A DNA stretch of 64,000 nt from Antechinus flavipes (Eukaryota). Below are positions 1 to 18,200 of this stretch, piece by piece (within the stretch, counting starts at the first letter, position 1; every line of letters starts with the position of its first letter). Under the pieces are notes generated by a model. That model was not told where the DNA came from, ran no database searches, and saw only the letters and a program-made list of their open reading frames with translations. Location of the stretch: the NCBI RefSeq assembly GCF_016432865.1, contig NC_067401.1, positions 478,950,001 through 479,014,000 of the forward strand, read 5' to 3'. The translations under genes were made by a program, and so were the position numbers.

Positions 1-847
1 AATCTTCCCAAAAGTTCCAGGGCATTTGGAGCTCATTTGTGAAAAATATAATATCATTCAATTACTTTGTAAGAACACCTGATTGACACCACAGAAGTTA
101 GAAACTTACTGGCCAATTTTCAACAAAACCTTTTATATAATTAGTAGAAAATGAGATTGAAAAGTACGTTTCATGGTTTAGTAAGCACAGCCTTATTTTT
201 TCCATCTGGGGCTGGCAGCCATGAAGAGCAAAGACTGACCTACAGTGAACTTAGAAGCACACCTTTGAATTGCTGCCTCAAAAAGCACCAAATTAAAAAA
301 AAAAAAAAAACATCAAAGACTACGATGTCATCATTCTTACTAAAAATATCATTGCTAATAGTATTTTGATGAGAACAAAAAAAATGTATTTTCTCCCAGG
401 GCCATGCGTACAAAATGTTTCTCTTATGGGATGTATAAACAAGTCTGGAGACTAGAGAAGGGAGAGGAACTGGCTGGGCCCGTTCGGTTTGGTCCCAGAG
501 GGCAGAAAGTTCCCCAAAGCTCTGAAATGAAGTTTTCCGTTCCCAGAGATGCCCAAGTGCACCACCATCTGTCTCAGAGGCTGGTGAGAGAGTCTCAGTG
601 AGGGAAGGGGGGCTGGAGCTTGAGACAAGGATCCAAGCTAGTCTGGGAGGGAGGGAGAAGCTAGAACCCCACCCCCTACCCAACTACTTCATACCAGGAT
701 TAGACTTCCCTGGCTGAAGGAAGTCTCCCCTCTCCCCAGATTCTCTGTAGACTCGGGTAGCCCACATTGTTTGCCCAAGGGCAGATTCTCAATAGCCAGA
801 GCCTGAAGTAGATGAAATAAACATACAACCCAGCCAATCCATAAGCT

Positions 848-853
848 TTTATT
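848..853 (-). terminator. Probable NSUN4 poly(A) signal AATAAA
   Basis: First AATAAA on the minus strand after the stop, followed by GU-rich tgggttgtatgttt. It lies at the end of an L2 3'-tail remnant. Confidence 0.55.
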
Positions 854-1266
854 AAGTACCTACTGTATGCCAGGCATTGTGATGGACTTTAAGGAAACAA
901 AAGCTGAAGCAGCCACTCTGCTCTGCCCACAGTCCCATTAACACTGTTGTGGGTCTAGAGGGGTAAGGAGCCCTAAGTCTTCCGGATCTTCAAGGGAGAG
1001 AGGAAGCCATCGATATGAGTGATGTGCCCCGGACTGTGCCAGAGCCTCCCCCAACTGTTCCTTGTGCCCGCTGGAAGGCCGGCCCCTCCCTTTGCTCTCT
1101 CAGGAGGCAGCAAAGTAAATCAGGCCCTGAGTCACGGAGGCAGAATGGAGGGGGTGCCATCCCATTTCCCACCATCTCCCACCCATCCTCCCCGGGTCCT
1201 CCTGGGCCTCTGTGCTGGAAATCCACAGGAGTTCTGCAGGGGAAGGAGGCTCAGGCAGCCAAGCTG

Positions 1267-8707
<7,441 letters not shown>

Positions 8708-9599
8708 GTTGGCTACGCGTGCACACGTCTGCGCGTCCGTCGGCGTCCACTTCCGGCCTAACTGGAGCTCGGACCGGGGAGCAAGGACTTTCATTAAGAT
8801 GGCGCCCACCACGCCGGAAGTCAGGGCGCTCCTGGGACGGGACGCGCCACGTGACGCCTAGTGGTGGGAGGGGCGAATCTCGGGCAATGACGTCAGGCGC
8901 GCGGACAAAGGCGCGGCCGAAGGGAGGCTTCTTTGTCCTCTGGTTTCCCACCGGCTCTTTGGCGCTTGTCGGGTCTTCTCCCACCCCGCATTTCCGCAAA
9001 CAGAGGCTCCGGCAGGACTGTGCCCCAGAGCCCTTAAATCGCTGGCGAAATCCCCAGTCCTCCGGGGCTTTGCCTCGTTTCCACGAGCGCGGCACGTGGC
9101 AGAATTAACACTCATTTCCTTCCATGTCCGCCTTCTCCCCGCCCCCGCGCTCCTAAGGGTTCAAAGATGGGTTGAATAGGGAAGGGCGAGTGCCTCCTAC
9201 ACATCCCATACTGGGACAAATCTAGCCCTAGGTTCTCATAGCCCTCCCGGGGAGGGGCGCCACTAGCCTGGGGCAGCAGCCCAAGCACTTCTAAAAGCCC
9301 CATTTTACAGATGAGAAGACTAAGGCAGATAGCACTAAACACTGGGCAACATGTGGCTGAGCAAGGGGAATGTTAATGGAGGATGCTGAGCAAAGTCAAG
9401 GGGCGAGTCTGCGAGTAGGAGAGGTTCCGGGAGGAGGAAGGCCAAGAGCAGTTCCAGACCCCTCCCTGGAGCTGGACCCGGGATCGGCCCAGGCTCCTGC
9501 GACCACCCTGGGGGTTCTCCCTAAGAAGGGGAGCCAGTGCCTGGCTCAGTGCCAGATCCCAGCAGAAATGACAAGAGCCGCGTGCACAGATGACTAGAC

Positions 9600-9605
9600 T
9601 TTATT
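9600..9605 (-). terminator. Probable UQCRH poly(A) signal AATAAA
   Basis: 150 nt after the stop. A second AATAAA overlaps the stop codon (9760-9755). Confidence 0.6.
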
Positions 9606-9755
9606 ACAAGGGAGCTGCTCCGGGTCACCCGGACTCCAGGCCCAAGCCTGCAGCCACCAGGCCTCATGCAGAGAGCAGGACAGGGGACACAGGATTTGAG
9701 ATCCAGGGTGAGGTGAGCAGCAAGGAGGCTGCGGGGCTTCCCGGGCCTCGGAGGT

Positions 9756-12700
9756 TTATTTCACACTTTCAAAGAGCGTGTGAGCCACCTGAAGGAAGGA
9801 AAGAGGCAGTGAGCAAAGCTCCCTTGGGGGTCCTCTCAATGCTGGCACCCAACCTGGGTAAAGCTGAGCACTGCCAGGGTCCAGAGCCTGCTGGACACTA
9901 GGGACAAGCTGTTCCAGCCCTTGGGGAACCGCTCAGAGCCAGGTGCCCCACTAGGGGTGATGTGGGTGCTCCCGGAGGCCCCCACTCCAGATGCTCCTGG
10001 AAGCCTCAGTCCTCTGGTATGAGTAGGGGAGGCCCTGACAGCAAGCCCACCCTTGCACACGCCTGTCTCAGGGCGCAGGCCAAGCCCCCCTCCAGCCCGT
10101 TCCGACTAGCCCCAATCATCAGGCCTGTGTGAGTGGGGACTCACACAGTGGTCTCGGGCATGCAGGAAGTCAAAGAGCTCCTCGGTGCAGTCCTCCTCAG
10201 TGTGAGGGTTTGCAGACACTCGTTCTGCGCACGTCTCCAGCCGCTCTCGGGCCTTCACACACTTCTCCATCTGCTCACATTGCTCCCTCACAGTGGTCAG
10301 AGGGTCCTCAAAAGACACAAGAGCCAAGTCAAGGATCCAGGAGGCCTTTCCTCGGTGCCTGGGGCCAAGCCTCTGCCTCCTCACAGGACCCCCTTCACTG
10401 CCTTCGCCCAGGGCCTGGTTGACCTCACTTGGGGGTAACGAGCCTGAGAGAGCCGGTGGGGCTTTTTGGGGGGAAGAGGGCCTCCTCCCAAGGCCTGTGG
10501 TGCAGAGCAGGCTCTACCAGGAAGGGATGGAGTTACTGCTACCTGGGAGGCTGTGGGATTCTTGGCTCCCTTTAGCCCAGGAGCCTCAGCCAGCTGCAGC
10601 AGCATTGGCCGCCCCTTGGCTTGGACTGGTCAAATGTTCTCCAGGTCCCTGTGTTCCCACCCACATCAAGCACCCCGTCTGTTCTGCTCTAGGAGGCCAA
10701 CAAGGGCTCACCCTTCCTCGCAGTAATCTCCCCTGTAGCACCAAGGACAGAAGGGGTCCCCCTCCCCAAAATACGTTTACTACAGCTTGAATCTTTAGCT
10801 TTTACAGGGATGGTTTCAGTTGTAAAATGGTTCTTACCACCAATTCTGGTTCTTCTTCTTCCTACAAGAGAAAGGAGAGCCATGAGTGGCAGACAGTCCA
10901 ACAGTGGCCATACTAACTTAAGGTTCACCATATGCTATGACGGCTTCCGCGTCACCCATTAACACCAATAACACCAGGGATAGGCAAAAACTAAGACCCC
11001 GGGCTCAGAAACTCAAGCAAGTTCTGATGAACACACTGTCTGATCTGCAAAAGCCATAAAGTCACCGCCTAACTCAAAAGCAGCCCGTGGTGGCCCATCA
11101 CCCAGGGGAACCACCAGCATGTAGAGACCCCTATGGTGTTTCCATAGCACTTCCAGGAACTGTTGGTGCTTTACAAAAAATCTCGTGTGTTCCTCCCAAC
11201 AGCCCTGAAGTGCCTTATCTTAGAGGGAGGAAGCTGAGGCACAAAGGGGTGAAGTGACTTGCCCAGTCACACAGCTAATAAACATCTGTGTTCAGATTTT
11301 CCTGACTCCAGGCCCAGGAGTCTGCCAGGCAGAGAAACTAGGTGGGCCTCTAGGACGCCTAGAATACCAGACAAGCCAAAACTTAGTGACAAACCCTAAC
11401 CCGCAAGGCCCAAGATGCTCAAGGTGCTGGGGGTACAGACAAGGCCAGGGCATGAAGCACAGGGTGGGCTGAGGCTGCAGAGAACAAAGGACAAGGGTAA
11501 ATTGAGAAACGCCCTGGAGAGAGGGCCAGGCCTGAAGTCAGCAAGACCTATGTTCAAAGCTGGCCTGGGACACTCACTGTGTGACCTGGGTAAGTCACCT
11601 CTTGTTTCCTCATCTGTTTAAAAAAAAAAAAAAAAAGACCAGGGGCACTCATCTCCCAGGCTTGTGGTGAGAACAAAATCCTATTAACACAGCTGCAGGC
11701 AATGGGATGTTAATATACGATAGGAAATGACTAGGAAAACAGAAGAACAAACTTAAGGCAGAATGAAGCAACAGACCCTAGAGATGACAATATAAAAAAG
11801 AAGGAATTGAGCGCTAGGATTTGGAGATGAAGAGGATGTTTTATCTACATTTCCACAAAATACCTCAGACTCTCCTTTCAGAGTAGATGGCGTGTTAATG
11901 GTTCAGCACTCGAGAACCTGTAGTAAGCTACAGGTTCACATTTTACTCGGATGGAGGCCTAGACGGGCCCCTCAAACTTGCAGAAGACCAAGTTGGAAGA
12001 AAGCTAGCACTGGATAACAAGCCACAGCATTAGCTTAAATCTAACAAGAAAATTCAATAAGGATAAATGTCAAGTCTTGTATCTAGGTGTAAAAATTAAT
12101 TTCAAATAAGATCTGAACATGACCAGCGCATTTAGGTAGCAGTTCTGAAAACAATCTGGGGGCTGAAGGGGACTGCCAAGTTCAATGGGTTAATAGTGAT
12201 GAGGATCAATCTTGGGTGGCAGGAAGAGGGCTGGAGCCCCCAAGGAGAGGAGCATCGGTAAATCCTCCTGTGCTGGTCGGATCTCATTTGCAGCCCCAGT
12301 CCAGTTCTGGGCACCACGTACTTGAGGACACCAATAAACTCCAAGTGTAGAGAAGACAATCAGGAATGGGTGAGCTCTGGCACACAAGGACGAGTGGAAG
12401 GAATGGAACACATTCAATTTGGAGAAACACAATGGCTTCAAGTACTAGATAAACCATGAGATGGAGAAGGCTCTTTTACTACGGAGGCACCATGGGAGGA
12501 AGAAGCCTCACTCATGCCTTGGTGTTTCAGAGAAAACCAGGCTCTCTTTAGAGATCTCTGAGGAAACATTGGGGTCACTTTTTAGATTTCTATAAAAGGA
12601 TGACCAGATGCCCTCTGTCTTCCTTTCTACCTTCCAATTTGGGAACATGACATTGCTGAGATGTGGGGCAGCTGTGCTGAATTGCTTTTCTATTTTCCTT

Positions 12701-14846
12701 TAAATTCTGTTAGAAGGGAGGGGAAAGATAGGAAGATGTCAAAATAAAAGATATCAATATAAAAACTGCCAAAGCATTAACAAGAAATACATGCTTGTTA
12801 CATTCATGGCCAAGAATGTCCCTGGATAGGGAGGAAAGCAATTCAAGAAATATAGCAAAAATGTCTTTTGTTGAATTGCCGCCCTTTTTTCTAATGGAAA
12901 AAAACTTATGGGAAGGGGAGAGAAACCAATGTGAAGCAGAGCAGAAACAAGACACTACTTTTTAAAAAGCAATCTTTTTTTTAGAGGAGTCTGCTAATCT
13001 CAGTAATGGTTTCAGCACCCGAGAGGCCTCAAGATGACACCTGTGTCATGAAGGGGGACCCTGTGGGAGCAGCATTAACACTTTCTGAGAATAACCTTCC
13101 AGGTGCAGCTGGCATTCAGATTAGGATAAACCTAAAATCTCTAAGCCCCTCTCAGGTCAGTTTCTCAGACTCCCCCCAATCAGCACTCATGTCCAGGTTC
13201 CCAGATCTTGGCAGTAACTTATGGGGGGCATAGGCTTAGACGGCCGCTCTCCCATTTATAAATGAGCCCAGAGAAGGAACCAGTCCTGTCCAAACATCCA
13301 AAGCAGAGCTAGCAACTGAACTACTGTTGACTCTCCTTTCTTTCCCCAGATCGTCTTGTCTCAGTTCTCATTCCATAACCTCTTGTTGTCTTCCTTTAGT
13401 GTTCATTCTGAGCAAAGGGCCCGTTTCCTCTCTGGTTTTGTCCCTTCAGTTATCTTCCCCCCTTAGAATGTAAGCTCCTTGAGGACAAGGGCTTTCTTTT
13501 TCTAGTAGCTCTACCTTCACCGTTTAGCACAGTCTCTAGCACACAGCAGGGATGTAACTCAATGCTGGTGGTCTGTCCCTGCTCCTCTCACTATGTCACA
13601 TTAAGCCAAAGGAGGACTCTTAAAGGGGCTGGAATCAGCAAACCCAGCTTTTTCTAGGAATTGACTGAAATGGGAGGAGACACCCAGGATAACAGCTTGA
13701 GGACTCAACAGTCTGTTAAGGGTTAAGCCCTGGGGAAGCAGCAGAGAGTGAGTTAGTAGAGGAGGGAATGAAAGGGGATGGGGGGGAGGGGCTGTGGAGA
13801 AGAAAGAAGGGGGTGGGCTCCAGGGTGCTCGAGGGTCAGCCTAGACAAGACAGCTTCATCAGAAAATGGAGTGAATGGGAGATGACGTCAGGGGATGTGA
13901 AGAAAGGTGGTGAAAAGGGGGCCTCAAGAACAGCCTCCTATGCGCTTCGATGAGGTCATCTTGATGGAGGGGCTAAGGGGTGGAGTGGCAAGGAGGACAA
14001 AGAGGTCGGCGGAGACAATCCAGGCGGGAGCGGCCGCGGCCGCAGTGACCAGGGAGGGGGATGGAGGGAGGAGCCAGGGGAGGACCACCCCGCGTGCAGC
14101 CTCGGGGACGGCGAGGGCGTGGCCGCACCCCCCACCCCAGACCACCCGGGCCGCACAGGCAAGCAGGGGCTGCAAGGGGGGGAGGGGAGCCAAGGGCAGC
14201 AGCAGCGGGCGGGCGGGGGGCCCGGAGGGACCCAGGGCCTGCATGATGATCCTTGGAGAAGGTCACGCGGGGAGCCCCAGAGGAGAGCGGGGTCAGCAGG
14301 GTCAAAAGCTGCAGAGGGGGAGGGAAAGGTGATCACTCACACTCCCGCTGCTGAGCTTGCAGTCTGCTAGGACCCCCAAGTCTTCTTCGGACAAACGGCC
14401 TCAAATCACGCGTGCCCGTGTTCACAGTGCTGCCTGTATACAGGGCCCTGGGTCCTCATCCCGCCTCTGCCACCTGCACCTTCTTTGTGTGAAATGGGCA
14501 ACGGGAGGCGAGCGGAGACACCCAGAGGCGTCTGAGGCCCGACCCCCACCCCCGGATCCATTAGAGACCTCCTCCGGGAGGACCTGGGTATGCGAACGGT
14601 CGCCCCACGCCTGGGGGACACTCAGAACCTTTGTTCCTTTTCTCGGCTGGCTTCCCCCATCCAACCCCGCCCCCACGCTAGAAAGGCCGAAGGCCTACGA
14701 GCTCTTAAAGCATGCAGCAGCTATTCCAGGCTTTTCAACGATGGGGAACCGGAAGCCACAACCCCAAGGCTCCGTGGCCCGCCGTGTTCCCTCACCTTCT
14801 TCGGTTCCTCGCCGTTCAGCGCCTTCTTCTCGTCCTCGACCACCAT
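9756..14846 (-). CDS. UQCRH: UQCRH, cytochrome b-c1 complex hinge subunit (4 coding exons, 89 aa)
   Basis: Exons (minus): 14846-14796 ([17 protein letters not shown]), 10861-10838 (EEEEPELV), 10306-10145 ([16 protein letters not shown]...[17 protein letters not shown]), 9788-9756 ([10 protein letters not shown]). All phase 0. Twin-Cys hinge pattern present. Head-to-head with LRRC41 as in human. Confidence 0.95.
11990..12480 (+). mobile_element. Ancient L3/CR1 LINE remnant
   Basis: ttcaataaggataaatgtcaagtcttg and ccagttctgggcaccac match the recalled L3 ORF2 3' consensus. Confidence 0.65.
13440..13565 (+). mobile_element. L2 LINE 3' end
   Basis: ttagaatgtaagctccttgagg...ttagcacagtctctagcacac is the L2 tail motif. 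Confidence 0.75.
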
Positions 14847-15225
14847 GTCTCCCGTCCGCTACAGCTTCAGCAAGCACGACTCCTCCCTACTGGCCGAGAA
14901 GGACTCGCCAGGGTCACGGACCGGAAATTCAGTTCGCCAGCGGAAGGGAAGTAGCCTGTTCCAACGGCGCTGTTCAAGGGGGTGGGCGGCGCGCCCTGCG
15001 CCGCTTCTGGGGCCTCCGCGCAAGAGGAGAATGGTTCTCCCACATAAAGGCGAATCTGGGTGGCCTTCCTGACCATGAACGAGCTCACACGTTCGAGATC
15101 TTCCGAACAGAGAGATTGGCCTTTCCTTCCCCTCCCCGCCAAGGGTGTCCTGTGGTACGCCCCAACCTAATCAAAGATGGCGACAGATATGTCCGTGCTT
15201 GCGCAGGCGCGAGCCACTGCCCAAC
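14847..15225. promoter_or_regulatory. Bidirectional UQCRH/LRRC41 promoter inside a CpG island (~14.0-16.05 kb)
   Basis: The divergent ATGs are 380 bp apart. ETS cores CCGGAA 14922 and GCGGAAG 14939, YY1 AAGATGGCG 15174-15182, NRF1-type TGCGCAGGCGC 15200-15210. Confidence 0.85.
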
Positions 15226-18200
15226 ATGGCAGCCCCCAGGCCTCGAGACGCTAGTGCCAGCCAGCCCCTACGTGAGGCGGCGGTCGCCATGGAGGCCTCT
15301 TGCGGGGAAAGAAGCTCTGCGGTGGGCTTGGAGCCCAGCGGCCCCCCAGAGTTGTTCGTGTTGTGCGGCTGGGCCGTGAGCGCCCACATGGGTGTCCTGG
15401 AAAGTGGGGTGTGGGGTAAGTGAGAACTCGATGAGGGGGAGGGTCAACGGACCGCCCGTTACTATGGAAACTGTGGATCTCGGAGGGGCTGGAAGTAACG
15501 CTTCCATGGAAACAAGAGGCACCCAATCGGAGCCAGAGCCGAGCGTGGGCACTGTTGCCATGGAGACTGAGGCAGAATCCCGAGCCAGCGAGAAGACCCA
15601 AAGAGGGCTCCCGCTGTGGAGGCTCGTGGTCAGCCTAGGCCGCCCCCCTTAATGGAGGACGTTGATGAGCTGGGAACTTAGGGACGACTTTCTGGGGGAG
15701 GGGGAAGGACCAACCTGGCTCTGTTGGGCTGAGGGGGATAAGGGGGGGAGGCTCACTGACAGCTGACCCAGCCTGGGAAGGGAGCAGTCACTTGTTGAGT
15801 ATTTCGCGATTCCTAGGGAGAAGCAGGCAGGAACATCGCATCGGGTCCCCTCTACACACAGAGGGAGCCCTAACAAAGGCCGGCTGTCGCGGGAGGCTTT
15901 GGGCACGTGGGGGGGCGAGCATGTGGAGCTCCCGGGAGCCCATCCTCCCCTCCCCCCCCCCCCGCAGGCCAGCACCTCCCGGGTAGCAGAGTAAGGCTGG
16001 AGCCCGAGCCAGCGCTGCCGCCCCCTCGTCAGGAACTGCTGTGGAGATTTACTTCCGAGCGCATCCACCTGTGTTTGGCACCCTCCACCCCCAGCTTACC
16101 ACTGTGCACTCTGAAATGAAACTTTACCTTAAATCTTTCCCCGATTTCTCGGACACTCACCAAGATCTGACTCCCTCTCGCTACTACAGCTTCCCTGGCA
16201 TCTCCTTCCACCTCCGGATTGGTCAAAGACTGAATTTTCCCCGTTTTCATTTCTGATTCTCCCTTTGCCATCCTTACTCAGTAACATCTCCTCCTTTGAA
16301 ATCCATTGTTACTATCACCTCTCCCAAATCCTGGTATTTGTTGTCTGCAGACTCCGTCGTGCTCCCATTCTTCCTCAAGCTCAGCGCCAGCACAGTCTCT
16401 CCGTACTCTCAAAAACCTACTCTTGCTTTCCCTCACTTTCCTCATTCCCTCCTCTTCCACCCACCTCAGTCAAAGACAGTTATGTCCCTGATCCCACCAT
16501 GGCCCGTAAATGTTCCACTTCTGTGTTGATGGTAATCTGTTGTGATTTCACCTCTCTCTTTGCCTTCTAATACCAAGCCCTGCTCTTTGTCTCATGGTGA
16601 CCTCCAATCCAACAACTCCTCAATTCTTAGATCATCCCCCTTGCACTGGCTGTACTGTCCTCCTCTCCCCGCCCTGACCCTTTGATACTCCAGCTCACTA
16701 ACTTTTCTCTTGCCCTTTAATTCTTTTGGAGATCCTTCTAAACTCTAACCAGTAGGGTTTTTCCCACCATCCATTCTATTGCTACCCACACGTTCAGTGT
16801 TACCCACTGAACAAAGCTGAAGAAAATCATGAAACCAGAGTGGCTAGGTCTACTACAAATTTATGTTACGTAAACTCAGCTGAGCTTTCCCTGCTGCTCC
16901 GTAATCCTTTTGTTTCCCTAATCACTCCCCCTCTCTCCACAAACCTTCTCATTTCCCCTCAAGTCTCCTTTTTTGTTTGTTTTTCATTCTAAATAGTATT
17001 TTTCCCCAAAAAGATTTCAATATTCACTTTGCAAAACCTTGTGTTTTCAATTTTTCTCCTCCCCTTCCTCCCCCCTATCCCTAGGTAACAAACCATCCTA
17101 TTAGGTTAAACATGTGCAATTCTTCTAAACATATTTCTACATCTGTCATGCTGCTCAAAAAAAATCAGACCAAAAGAGAAAAAAACAAAAAGTGAAAATA
17201 CTGTGCTTTGATTCACATTCAATCTCTGTAATTCTCTTTCTGGATGGAGATGGGTCTCTCTCTCTCTCTCTCTTTTTTTTTTTTTAAATAATAGCTTTTT
17301 ATGCAAAGATAGTTTTCAACACTCACCCTTGCGAAGTTTTCTGTTCCAATTTTTTCTCCCATCCTCCACTCCCTCCAATCTATGTTAAACATGTACAATT
17401 CTTCTATACATATTTCCACATTTATCATGCTGCACAAGAAAAATCAAATCCAAAAGGAAAAAAATGAGGGGGAAAAAAGCAAGCAAGTAACAAAAAAGAC
17501 GATAATACCATGTTGTGATCCACATTCTATCCCCATAGTGCTCTTTGTAGATGCAGACGGCACTTTCCCTCACAAGTCTATTGGAATTGCCTTGAATCAT
17601 GTCATTGTTGAAGAGCCATGTCCATCATCACAGAGCTGATCATCACTTAATCTTGTTGTTGCTGTGTACAGTGTTCTCTTGGTTCTGCTTACTTCACTTA
17701 ACATTGGTTCATATAAGTCTTTCCTTTCTGAAATTAAACTGCTCATCATTTCTCACAGAACACTAATATTTCATTTCATAGGTTCTTCAGCTATGCTACA
17801 AACATTTTTGCCCATGTGGATCCCTTTCCCTCCTGTAAAATCTCTTTGGGATACAGGCCCAATAGAAACACTCCTGGATCAAAGGATATGTATAGTTTGA
17901 TAGTCCTTTGAGCGTAGTTCCACATTGTTCTCCAGAATGGTTGGATCCATTCACAACTCCACCAACAATGCATTAGTTTTCCCATATCCCCTCCAAAATT
18001 TGTTATCATTTTCTCAGCCAATATCAGTGTGACACAGTACCTCAGTTGTCTTAATTTTGGTAGTGACTTAGAGCATTTTCTTGTATGCCTACAGAGAGCT
18101 TCAATTTCTTCATCTGAAAACTGTCAGTTCGTATCCTATAACCATTTACCAAGTGGGGAATGGCTTGGATTTTTATAAATCCCTCAAACTTCCTTTCTCC

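Noticed and set aside
290-310. ATTAAA plus A-run as a retrocopy tail
   Set aside because: No identifiable parent sequence or TSD in the window.
8708-8794. In-frame upstream ATG extending NSUN4 by 29 aa
   Set aside because: It lies among YY1/ETS core-promoter motifs, probably at or upstream of the TSS, and it would mask the targeting peptide. The recalled ortholog aligns from 8707.
14357-15379. 340-aa ORF across the bidirectional promoter
   Set aside because: No start ATG context or recognisable domain. Stop codons are rare in CpG islands, and it crosses UQCRH exon 1 antisense and LRRC41 exon 1 out of frame.
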